Below, one piece after another: positions 15,998 through 24,693 of a DNA stretch of 64,000 nucleotides. The notes below the pieces were generated by a model, which was not told the DNA's origin, ran no database searches, and was given only the letters and a program-made list of their open reading frames with translations. Numbering within the stretch: the first letter of the stretch is position 1; every line of letters starts with the position of its first letter. Origin of the DNA: an uncultured Candidatus Saccharibacteria bacterium (lineage in GTDB: Bacteria; Patescibacteriota; JAUYIX01; CAYMIK01); assembly GCA_964390745.1 (NCBI GenBank), contig CAYMIK010000003.1:6543-70542 (forward strand), read 5' to 3'. The position numbers were made by a program, and so were the translations under genes.

Positions 15998-16102
15998 GGC
16001 CATCCGGAGGCGGAGCGGGCATGGATCCGAGTCGCGTAAGCGACGAGGAGAGCGACGCCGAGGCCGAGTGCGAATTGCCCGCTGGGGCAATTCGACACGT
16101 GC
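15998..16102 (+). repeat. Structured repeat element copy 2 (the same flanks with hairpin GAATTGCCC-GCTG-GGGCAATTC, plus a 51-nt insertion containing a GUAA-tetraloop hairpin).
   Basis: Shares GGCCATCCGGAGGC and GCCGAGTGCGAATT...AATTCGACACGTGC with copy 1. Stem substitutions are compensatory. Confidence 0.6.
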
Positions 16103-16151
16103 CGAGCAGATCAGACCTTCAAACGCTCGCAAAAATTAAAAGGAGTGAACT

Positions 16152-17756
16152 GTGTCACGATTTCGACCACATCCAAGTTTGAAACAAGAACTTTCTTCGG
16201 ATCAAAAGAAGATCAGGAGCTTCGTCGTTATTGCAGGTCTTGTTATCTTGGTCGGTGTAGTTGCTGGAATTCTTGTCTGGCTCTTTTTTTCGAGCAAGAA
16301 TTTTAGCACGGCATCTCTGACGCCTATCGATTCCGAGCTCTACATGAAGCTTGAGTGGCGTGAGTCGAGTCAACAAAACACAAACTTGAATAATTTGAGC
16401 CTTAGCCTCGGTGGCCCTACCACCATCGATGACTTTTTACATTTGATGATTCCAAGTAAATTTGGAAATACTGCAGTGAACTTCCAGAGCGATATTGCTC
16501 CTTGGATAAGTGATGATGTTGCTATCGTGCGAAGACACCTTGGAAACAAAGACGAAGACATAAAGCTGTTTGTTGCCTCTGACAAAGATAAGGAGCAAGC
16601 TTTTCTTGATAAGATTACCCGCGAAGCCGATACTACGGCAAAAGAAAGCTACAAAGGATACCAAATCGAAAGTCTTTTTGGTACCGCTCAAGTTGCCTAC
16701 GCTCAAATCGGTAACACGGTTGCCTTTGCAGGAAAGCCCCAGGTTCTCCATGACGTCATTGATGTCGCCGTAGGGGACACAAAGCCACTTACCAAGGCTT
16801 CTGATTTCAAAGTCACACAACAACACCTTGATACGAATGTAGTTCTTTCAACCTTTATGGATATTGCACCCTTCTTGCGCCAACCTGGTGTTCTTGGATT
16901 GAGTGAGAGCGCCGCGCTATCGCTTTCGGGCAAGGCTCGGGTGGGAATTACGATGGCAGCAAAAGAAAATGGATTCGGTTTGCAGATTTTTATTCCAAGC
17001 CCCGCAAAGGATGGAGTAAAAAATAACTTCAACAACGATATTCTCGCGGTGACTCCAAACAATATTGCTGGATACATTGGAGCTTCTGATCTTTCGAGCT
17101 TCGCGAAGCAGTATCTTGCAACCATTTTCAATGTCAAAGAGCTGAAGGACCACAACATTACGCAAGATACTATTAGATCAAAGTATGGTGTTGATCTTGA
17201 TCAGGACCTCTTTAGCTGGATGCAGGGTCAGTACGCACTTGTTTCAACCGAACTTGGAAAAAGTGACTTCGCGCTTATCTTTAAAGTAGACAACAAAGAC
17301 CAAACACAGGCGGCGATGCGAAAAGTTGAGAAGGCAATTGTTGGGATTTCGAAAGAGTTGAGCAAAGAACCCGATAAGATACCTTCAGAATTTAGCGAAT
17401 CAGCTGGTGCCCGGTACCTGGCTCTCGGCGGAAAAACCAACACGTACCTCAACTATACGTTCAAAGATAACTTCCTGATCTTTGCAACCAACCGAGAGAC
17501 ATTAGACCTCGTTGTGAAGGGTAATGAGGGTCAGCCAAAGCTTTTGAATAGCAAGCAGTACGAGTTGGTGACAAAAGATCTTCCTTCTGGTAATGCAAGT
17601 GGCGGACTCTACTTCAGCGGTGACTTTGTTCTTGGCTTCTTGAAGAGTCTTGGCTTTAACCTTTCTGCCTTTAACCGTCACGTGGTAGGTTTAGGAATAA
17701 AATCTATCAATGAAACTGATGGAAAAATGATAACTGGCTTCTTGCCGATACTTTAA
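16152..17756 (+). CDS. Hypothetical membrane-anchored protein (single N-terminal TM, large extracytoplasmic domain).
   Basis: GTG start preceded by AAAAGGAG RBS. TM helix VVIAGLVILVGVVAGILVWLFF. No recognised catalytic motif. Confidence 0.6.
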   Translation: MSRFRPHPSLKQELSSDQKKIRSFVVIAGLVILVGVVAGILVWLFFSSKNFSTASLTPIDSELYMKLEWRESSQQNTNLNNLSLSLGGPTTIDDFLHLMIPSKFGNTAVNFQSDIAPWISDDVAIVRRHLGNKDEDIKLFVASDKDKEQAFLDKITREADTTAKESYKGYQIESLFGTAQVAYAQIGNTVAFAGKPQVLHDVIDVAVGDTKPLTKASDFKVTQQHLDTNVVLSTFMDIAPFLRQPGVLGLSESAALSLSGKARVGITMAAKENGFGLQIFIPSPAKDGVKNNFNNDILAVTPNNIAGYIGASDLSSFAKQYLATIFNVKELKDHNITQDTIRSKYGVDLDQDLFSWMQGQYALVSTELGKSDFALIFKVDNKDQTQAAMRKVEKAIVGISKELSKEPDKIPSEFSESAGARYLALGGKTNTYLNYTFKDNFLIFATNRETLDLVVKGNEGQPKLLNSKQYELVTKDLPSGNASGGLYFSGDFVLGFLKSLGFNLSAFNRHVVGLGIKSINETDGKMITGFLPIL

Positions 17757-19648
17757 TGTCACAATCCGAATCAAAATCACACAAAATTTCTGTTAAAGTT
17801 ACTTACTCTGCAAAGAAGTTCTTGAAACTGGAGGAAAAGAAGCCAGAAGTTGCTAAAACTCCGGCTCCTTTGACGCAAGCAAATCGAATTCTCCCAAAAC
17901 CGGTGCTTCAAAAAGCTGAAGAGCCCAAGAAGTCGGAGAGTTCAATGACAAAGATCGAGCCACAGAAAGTAACACCTGCAAAAAAAGAAACGCGGGAAGA
18001 TATTGTTGTTCCGAGAGCACGAAAAAAGTTTTTTTCTTCCGTAACTTTGTGGTTGAACGACTTTGCGCGAGGTTTTAAAAAACACTGGATCAGTTCACTG
18101 GTTGTCTTTGTGGGCGCCGTCTTGATTTTGGTCGGAACGTTTATCGTTTGGCCGCAAGTTTCGTATATTTCGGAACTCCCAAACATCCTCCCACAAAACA
18201 CCATCGCTTTCGTAGGTGTCAGTATTGATCCCCTGAACCCAGAAGTTCGTGCTTTGGCACGTGATGTGATGGGAAATGCTGGAAGTGTTGATACACAAAA
18301 GATGTTTTCGGATCTTGCGCTTCCGGTAAACTCCAATGCCTTGAAAGGTATCGATATAAAAAAGATGATGAGCAAAGAAGTGGGTTATGCGACGTTTCCT
18401 GCCGATGACGGAATGGCGCAAAGTATCATTTTACATGTCTCGAAACCGCAAAATGCACAAAAAATCCTTGAAGCTGTATCAGCAGGGAAGAACCTGGAAC
18501 AGAAGAGTTATAAAAATGAAACGGTTTTCACCATTCGTGATAAAGAAGATGCCACAAAAGCATTTTCGTATGTATATATTCGAAAGTTTGTAGTAATAAC
18601 CTCGGGCGTTACGGCGCCTTTTACATTTGTTGATGTCGCAAAAGGTGACAAGCCTGCATTTTCGAAACTTGAAGATTACACAAAGCTTGCAGACAAGCAA
18701 AAAACTATTGCTGCAGCACGAGGATATCTTGACTCAAGCAAAATTGCACAGCTTTCATTACCCGAGAGCTTGAAACAATTTACAAAAAGCTCACCTTACC
18801 TCACGGATGGGCGAGCGCTTATTGTTTCGGCTTTTGAAAAGGATGGCGCACTCTCGATCCAGACAATGTTCGCGCGCAAAAAGGTGGATATTCAGAGCGT
18901 GAAGAATTTGAACCTCACCGCTTCGCTTCCGCTAACGTCCATTGCAAGTTTCCAAGGGCAAGATTTTTCTGTCGATTGGCAAAATGCTGAAACATCACTC
19001 AAGAACTCGCAGCCACTCCTTGGTTTTTACTTCTCGAACATCGAAAAACGTCTTCAGGACTCATTTCAGTTTAATATCTCAAGTGATTTCTTGAGATATT
19101 TTGAGAATGCGTATGTTATTGCGCTCGACACCACAACGTCCCGGTCAAAAAATACGGGAAAACCATTTCAAAACACCTCAGTTGTTCTCAAACTCAAAGA
19201 TGCGAAGCTCTTTGAAGAGGGTCAGGTCCAACTGGAGGACAAAGTAAAGAAGATTCTCTCTTCACAGTTTCAGAATGAGCCCGTAAATCTTACGCAAGAG
19301 TCATACGCAAACCTTACGCTGAGTGTTCTTTCGGGTGAAGCGCTGCCGTTCAATGTTTACTATGTGGTTCATGATGATGCACTGTACGTAAGCACTACCA
19401 AATCCTTTTTCGATAATATTTCTGATGCAGCTTCTGGTGCTCTTTCTTCGCAGGATGCATATGAGAAGCTTAGCTCGCTTGGCTTGAATGGAGCATTGCA
19501 CGCCTCGTTTCTGGATCTCAGTAAACTTGCTCCTGTAGCTTCTCTTGGAGCGGTTGCGAAAATCTTTGATGGGGCACTTGTCTTAGACGCACAAAAAGGG
19601 GATAATGCGGTTGTTACTGCATATTTCCATTTTGTTGCGAATAAATGA
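17756..19648 (+). CDS. Hypothetical membrane-anchored protein, probable paralog-like partner of the upstream gene.
   Basis: Start overlaps the previous stop (TAATG). TM helix ISSLVVFVGAVLILVGTFIVW. Similar architecture to the upstream gene. Confidence 0.6.
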   Translation: MSQSESKSHKISVKVTYSAKKFLKLEEKKPEVAKTPAPLTQANRILPKPVLQKAEEPKKSESSMTKIEPQKVTPAKKETREDIVVPRARKKFFSSVTLWLNDFARGFKKHWISSLVVFVGAVLILVGTFIVWPQVSYISELPNILPQNTIAFVGVSIDPLNPEVRALARDVMGNAGSVDTQKMFSDLALPVNSNALKGIDIKKMMSKEVGYATFPADDGMAQSIILHVSKPQNAQKILEAVSAGKNLEQKSYKNETVFTIRDKEDATKAFSYVYIRKFVVITSGVTAPFTFVDVAKGDKPAFSKLEDYTKLADKQKTIAAARGYLDSSKIAQLSLPESLKQFTKSSPYLTDGRALIVSAFEKDGALSIQTMFARKKVDIQSVKNLNLTASLPLTSIASFQGQDFSVDWQNAETSLKNSQPLLGFYFSNIEKRLQDSFQFNISSDFLRYFENAYVIALDTTTSRSKNTGKPFQNTSVVLKLKDAKLFEEGQVQLEDKVKKILSSQFQNEPVNLTQESYANLTLSVLSGEALPFNVYYVVHDDALYVSTTKSFFDNISDAASGALSSQDAYEKLSSLGLNGALHASFLDLSKLAPVASLGAVAKIFDGALVLDAQKGDNAVVTAYFHFVANK

Positions 19649-22317
19649 CCCCATTTGAAAAAACCTTTATTGCTATAGACCTCGAAACAACTGGCCTGGA
19701 ACCTTCCAAGGCCCAGATTATTGAAGTTGCTGCTGTGAAGTTTCGAAACGGAAAAGAAATCGGTAAATTTTCTTCTCTCGTAAACCCTGGAAGAAAGATC
19801 CCTTTCATTGTAACCGACATTACGGGGATCTCTGATGCCGATGTTGCAAACGCTCCGGCCTTTGACTCGATTCGCGATGAGCTTTCGGAGTTTATTGGTG
19901 AGAATCCTATCGTTGGCCACAATGTCGCCTTTGATCTTGGCTTCTTGAAAGCATATGGGTTGGACTTTGGCGCCTCTGTTTTTGATACCTGGAAGCTAGC
20001 AACCATTGCGTTCACCGGATTTCCTTCGTACAGTCTTGAAAATCTTGCTCCGCGACTTGGGCTCGACCCAGGAAGCTCTCACCGTGCCTATGATGATGCA
20101 AGACTTTCAGGAAATTTGTTCTTACGCATTTGCGAGGAGATGCTTCATGTGTACCCACGTGCAGTACTGGGTGATGTAGTGCAATTTTTGCGTCGTCGAG
20201 ATTGGGAGGCGGAAGAGGTTTTCACCGAATTGCTCGAAAAGGCACAAGAAAGTGTCACCAAGGACCACCGAGAAACTTTGAAACTTCCCAAATCACTGAA
20301 GAAGATAGAAAATGCCAAGCAACTCTTTGATTCCAGTGTTGTTGCCAAAGCAATTCAGGGCTTTGAACCAAAAGAAGTGCAAGAATCTATCGCTTCTGAA
20401 ATGGTGGAAATACTTTCGAAGAAAAAGAATGCGCTTTTTGAAGTGGCGCCTGACTCAGGGCGTATCCTGGCTGCCCTCAGCGGATCATTTCTTGCAACGG
20501 AGGGAAAGAAATCCAAGACCGTCTTTGCAACAACCAACTACACACTGCGATCGGCAACATTCCAGAAGGATTTAAACCTTCTGGAAAACATTTTTGGTAA
20601 TGTTGTAGTTGCTGTCGCCAAGTCACAGGACTCGTACCTTTGTCGTGAGCAACTTTCGGCGTTTATGCGTCGTCAGGATGTGACCGAAGTAGAGATTGGT
20701 TTGATTGTGAAGGTTCTACTGTGGCTTTCAAAGACACAAACAGGCGATATGGAAGAGCTCTCACTTCTTCGCGAACAAAAAATGGTTGCGAAGGAGCTTT
20801 CGTTTGAAGGTTGTGCGTATCATCACGAGAAATGTTTTGCGTACAAAGCCCGATTGCAGCTGGAAAAGGCGAACTTGCTAATAACGGATCACGGAACGTT
20901 GGTGAAAACACTTTCACGGGCAGAAGTTTTTGAAGCAACGGAACAACTTATTGTTGATGAGGGTGAAGAACTCGAAGAATCTACCACCAAGGCACTCTCG
21001 CAAACCTTCTCCCAGAACATCATTCTTGAATTTTTAGATATGCTCACTCGAAAGGCCCCAGGAATTGGTTTTCTTGAACGGGTTTCGAATGAAACCGATG
21101 ATACAACGCATGCTATTTGTGATGAAGCCAGAGATGTTATTGCATCTGTCATCGAATCTGCCATTCTCCTCTTTGGGGTTTTGGGTATTGGCGTCAGAAA
21201 GTGGGGGAAGGTAGATGAAGAGACACGGTTTGCGGTAGAGCTGCCCATTGAAGCATCGCTCTTTGAAGAACGCGAAGGAAAAAATATACAATCGGTGTGC
21301 GAAACATTCCTTGAAAAGTGTCAGTTGCTTGCTGAGGTCCTTTCGAAGCTTGATGAAAACCTTCATAAAGCAAAAAAAGATATCTTTTTCCACGAAGTCG
21401 GTGCCATACAAGGAAAACTCACTAGCATTACTACGGGAATTTCAGAAATTGTTATGCAACAAGAGAAGCGTTGGGTGAACTGGGTCGTTCTGAAGCCGGA
21501 TAAAGACTTTCTCATCAAGAAAGCTCCGCTTTCCGTGGCATCGTTTCTTGAAAAGAACATCTTTGAAGGAAGATCAGCTGTTGTTCTGGCAAGAAATGTG
21601 ACTTTTGAAAATGAAACACGATACATTGAACAAAGAATTGGTCTTGGTGGGTTCGCGCTGAAGCAGTTTGATCAAGGAGATGTCTCAAAATTCGTCTCTT
21701 TGGCGCAGGTCACCGATATGCCCGTACCAACCTCACCCAAGTTCTTAGCAACAACCCACGAAATCATACTCGAGACACTTCTGAAGCTGCGGATTCCTGC
21801 ACTTATTGTGGTTCCAAGCTTCACGGCAAGCAAAACCTACTACGAAAACCTTAAACCAGAGCTTGATGCTGTAGGTTTCTCGGTCTTTGGCCAAGGAATA
21901 AGTGGGGGAAAGCAAAAAATTCTTGAAAAAGTTGAAAAAGCTGAACGCGCCGTGCTCATTGCTACGCCTTCATTCCTTCATGGGGTTAAAAATCTGAGCG
22001 TAGCGTCACGACTTGTCTTTGTTTTGCGCTTTCCGTTCGCCCCTTCCTTCAGTGCACTCTCGAAAGCGCGTGAATTTGAGTACGGAAGCTCTGCATTCAT
22101 GAACTATTCACTCCCACAAGGCGTACATTTGTTTCGAAGTATCTTCTTCTACCTCATGGGGAGGGCCACAAAGGACAAACGAAGCCTCGTTTTGCTCGAT
22201 AGCCGCATTGGAACCGCACGCTATGGTGAGGCTATCATGAACTCACTCCCAAAACACCATACGGAGAAGCTTGAAAAGGACGAAGTTTCTGACTGGTTGG
22301 CCTCCTGGCTCGCATAG
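19645..22317 (+). CDS. DnaQ-like 3'-5' exonuclease (DEDDh) fused to a DinG-like helicase-related C-terminal region, as in Gram-positive DinG. Walker A appears degenerate.
   Basis: Exo I FIAIDLETTGL, Exo II HNVAFDLGFL and Exo III HRAYDDARL are clear. The long C-terminal region lacks an obvious GxGKT/S. Confidence 0.6.
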   Translation: MTPFEKTFIAIDLETTGLEPSKAQIIEVAAVKFRNGKEIGKFSSLVNPGRKIPFIVTDITGISDADVANAPAFDSIRDELSEFIGENPIVGHNVAFDLGFLKAYGLDFGASVFDTWKLATIAFTGFPSYSLENLAPRLGLDPGSSHRAYDDARLSGNLFLRICEEMLHVYPRAVLGDVVQFLRRRDWEAEEVFTELLEKAQESVTKDHRETLKLPKSLKKIENAKQLFDSSVVAKAIQGFEPKEVQESIASEMVEILSKKKNALFEVAPDSGRILAALSGSFLATEGKKSKTVFATTNYTLRSATFQKDLNLLENIFGNVVVAVAKSQDSYLCREQLSAFMRRQDVTEVEIGLIVKVLLWLSKTQTGDMEELSLLREQKMVAKELSFEGCAYHHEKCFAYKARLQLEKANLLITDHGTLVKTLSRAEVFEATEQLIVDEGEELEESTTKALSQTFSQNIILEFLDMLTRKAPGIGFLERVSNETDDTTHAICDEARDVIASVIESAILLFGVLGIGVRKWGKVDEETRFAVELPIEASLFEEREGKNIQSVCETFLEKCQLLAEVLSKLDENLHKAKKDIFFHEVGAIQGKLTSITTGISEIVMQQEKRWVNWVVLKPDKDFLIKKAPLSVASFLEKNIFEGRSAVVLARNVTFENETRYIEQRIGLGGFALKQFDQGDVSKFVSLAQVTDMPVPTSPKFLATTHEIILETLLKLRIPALIVVPSFTASKTYYENLKPELDAVGFSVFGQGISGGKQKILEKVEKAERAVLIATPSFLHGVKNLSVASRLVFVLRFPFAPSFSALSKAREFEYGSSAFMNYSLPQGVHLFRSIFFYLMGRATKDKRSLVLLDSRIGTARYGEAIMNSLPKHHTEKLEKDEVSDWLASWLA

Positions 22318-22363
22318 GCTCCGCGGCCTGTGGATAAGAAAAAAATAATTGTTCACTCAACAT

Positions 22364-22384
22364 CCTTTCTTGAGCAAGAAAGGT
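22364..22384 (+). terminator. Intrinsic terminator CCTTTCTTG-agc-CAAGAAAGG followed by a T-rich run.
   Basis: Perfect 9-bp hairpin 46 nt after the stop, followed by TGTTCATAAATTTATTTTATTT. Confidence 0.7.
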
Positions 22385-22438
22385 GTTCATAAATTTATTT
22401 TATTTAAGCCAAAATATTCACTTGTTCACAGGGGGATA

Positions 22439-22467
22439 TTGATCAAAACGTAATTTCATGTTATAAT
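22439..22467 (+). promoter_or_regulatory. Sigma70-like promoter TTGATC-N17-TATAAT heading a ~450-nt structured noncoding transcript or leader.
   Basis: The hexamers and 17-nt spacing are seen directly. The -35 is identical to that of the tRNA-Arg promoter. Confidence 0.5.
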
Positions 22468-23009
22468 AGTTTTGTCAGTGAAAAAAGCGCCCCTTAACAA
22501 CATATATATCCGGTAGGAATACCTGACCTGAAGCGAGTCTTCAGAGCAGATATTCCTACTGCCGGATCTCGCCTTGGAGAAAACAAAAAGTAAGCGCAAA
22601 ATCAAAAACAAAAGTGCTTCCAAAAATACGAAGCACACAAAAAACAAAAAAATACAAAAACACAAAAAACAAAAAGCGTTTAACGGAAAATAGTAACACC
22701 TAGGTTTCCATACAGGCTGGTAGGAAAATAAAGACCTTTCTTTCAGGAACAAGGATTACTGAAAACCAAAAGGCAATCGTACATGACAAGTAGCACAATC
22801 TGTGAAACATTCAACGCTTGAATGTTTCGAGCAGTGAACGTTTCACGGATTACGCTCATCATCATCGATTCTTAGCGGGGACTCTCCCCTAAAGTAATTT
22901 ATCGGGGATAGTCCCCGCCCAATTCAAAGCCCTAGTGGCCGCGGTTGAGCGGGGATTTTTGATATTTGGGGTTTTTTGCTACAATACGGTTGTAAATAAA
23001 GAGAAACCT

Positions 23010-23363
23010 ATGCCATACAGTGAAGTGTTTTTGGGCGAAATGAAGAAGCGTTTGTTGGAGGAGAAGGGGAATCTTGAAAAAGAGCTTGGGGTATTCGCAA
23101 AAGAAGGGAAGGGCGGACACTACGAGGCACAAAAGCCAGAGCGTGGCGATGTCTATGATGAAAATGCTCAAGAAGTGACCGAACTCCAGAACGAATTTTC
23201 GGTTGAACCTACTTTAGAGAAGCGACTCGCTCGTGTTCAGAAGGCTTTGAAGCGCATGGAAGATGGTTCATACGGAATGTGCGATGGAGAGATGACCCCA
23301 GAAGCTCGTCTTGAAGCTGATCCATCCGCGGGAGCTCTCGAGACGCGCGATGAAATGGAATAA
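23010..23363 (+). CDS. DksA/TraR-family-like protein (coiled-coil N-terminus; C-terminal zinc-finger Cys largely absent).
   Basis: Coiled-coil KKRLLEEKGNLEKEL... with acidic tip and C-terminal ...DGSYGMCDGEMTPEARLE. Proximal TGcTACAAT extended -10. ORF track start 22935. Confidence 0.5.
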   Translation: MPYSEVFLGEMKKRLLEEKGNLEKELGVFAKEGKGGHYEAQKPERGDVYDENAQEVTELQNEFSVEPTLEKRLARVQKALKRMEDGSYGMCDGEMTPEARLEADPSAGALETRDEME

Positions 23364-23829
23364 GTCCGATTCACTTCGGCTATTGCTGGCGCTTTCTGTT
23401 GGAATGGTGCTTTTTGGTATAGACCAGTTCATAAAACATCTGGTTTTGCGGGGCACGTGGCACAGTTACTTCAACGGTCAGCTTGCGATTGGGCCATTCT
23501 ATAACGAGGGCATCGCTTTTAGCATTAGTCTGCCCAATGTTTTGCTGGTTCTGGCGATCTTTGCATCGGTTGTTTTTGTTTTTTGGATGACATTTTTTGA
23601 AGTTCATGTACATCCCATACTTTCTGCGGTTTCACTCGGCCTTGTTCTGGGGGGATCGGCTGGCAATGCGCTGGATCGTATCCGCTTTGGCGCGGTTACC
23701 GACTACGTTCACGTCTTTCAGGTATCGGTTTTTAACTTTGCCGATGTTTCGATCGCTCTTGGGCTCCTGATTCTTGTTGTTTTACTTTTCAGTAAGAAAA
23801 ATAAGCTTCTGGGAGAGGCTAAAAAGTAA
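23350..23829 (+). CDS. lspA: Lipoprotein signal peptidase (signal peptidase II).
   Basis: Four TM helices. Conserved GNALDRIRFGAVTDYV and FNFADVSIALG motifs. ORF track start 23311. Confidence 0.8.
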   Translation: MKWNKSDSLRLLLALSVGMVLFGIDQFIKHLVLRGTWHSYFNGQLAIGPFYNEGIAFSISLPNVLLVLAIFASVVFVFWMTFFEVHVHPILSAVSLGLVLGGSAGNALDRIRFGAVTDYVHVFQVSVFNFADVSIALGLLILVVLLFSKKNKLLGEAKK

Positions 23830-24028
23830 AAAAATAAAAATAACAAAACAAAAATGGACAAACTCATCGAGCAAACAACACAACAAACACGGATCTTGGA
23901 AGAGCGACGAGATATTCTCATCGCTGAATCAATACAAACGGACGAAGAAGCCCTGAAGCGTGAAATACTCAACTACCTTCTGGATGAAGAAAGTGATTTT
24001 CACATATAATTAACTGAGTGTCGTTCTT

Positions 24029-24640
24029 TTGAACGTTGTAAATTTTCTCACAGCACATATTGAGCAGTTCGGCGGGTGGAGTTACCTCGTACTTTTTGTT
24101 TTGACGTTTTTTGAGTCGCTTATTTTCATTGGCTTCTTTATTCCCGGCGCGCTCATTACCGCTATTGTTGTTTTTTTTGAATTGCACGGAAGCCTCAATG
24201 TATTTTTGGCGACACTATCTATAATGGTAGGTGCGTTTTTGGGTGATGTCGCAAGCTATTATCTTGGAACAAAGGGAACGCACCTCTTTAAGGATGAGGG
24301 GAAGATTTTGAAGCGTGCTCATTTGGAGCGTGCCGAAAGATTTTTTCATCGGCATGGTGCTAAAAGTGTTTTTATTGGGAGGTTTTACCCGATCCGCCCA
24401 ATCATTCCCTTCGTTGCGGGTCTTTCGCACATGAGAAAAAGAAAATTTTTATTTTGGTCAGGTTTGAGTGTTGTCCTGTGGGTTGTGCTGTACTTTTCGC
24501 TGGGTTATTTCTTCGCAGGTGCGTTGAAAAAAGTTGAAATCTGGTCAGAACGAGCGAGTGGGTTCTTGCTTGTTGGTACCATTGTGTTGATTGTTGGGTA
24601 TGGGGTGGTGAAGCGACTTCGAAAAGAGCGCTCTGAGTAA
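24029..24640 (+). CDS. DedA-family (SNARE-associated/VTT-domain) membrane protein.
   Basis: Characteristic ESLIFIGFFIPGAL and FIGRFYPIRPIIPFVAGLSHM motifs. Confidence 0.8.
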   Translation: MNVVNFLTAHIEQFGGWSYLVLFVLTFFESLIFIGFFIPGALITAIVVFFELHGSLNVFLATLSIMVGAFLGDVASYYLGTKGTHLFKDEGKILKRAHLERAERFFHRHGAKSVFIGRFYPIRPIIPFVAGLSHMRKRKFLFWSGLSVVLWVVLYFSLGYFFAGALKKVEIWSERASGFLLVGTIVLIVGYGVVKRLRKERSE

Positions 24641-24693
24641 ATCGGGTTAGCCACGTTTAGAATATTTTAATGTTTCACTGCTAACGTTGCCGC

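Noticed and set aside
15437-16132. 231-aa minus-strand ORF
   Set aside because: Lies antisense within pnp, whose identity is unambiguous. Typical shadow ORF of a GC-skewed codon frame.
22575-22680. CA-rich (ACAAAAA-like) reiterations, checked as a possible CRISPR array
   Set aside because: Units are short (6-8 nt) and irregular, with no spacer-like unique sequences. This is a low-complexity tract, not a CRISPR.
22456-22752. 98-aa minus-strand ORF in the 22.4-22.9 kb intergenic region
   Set aside because: Composed largely of Phe/Leu/Cys from the complement of the CA-rich tract. No RBS; overlaps predicted RNA hairpins.
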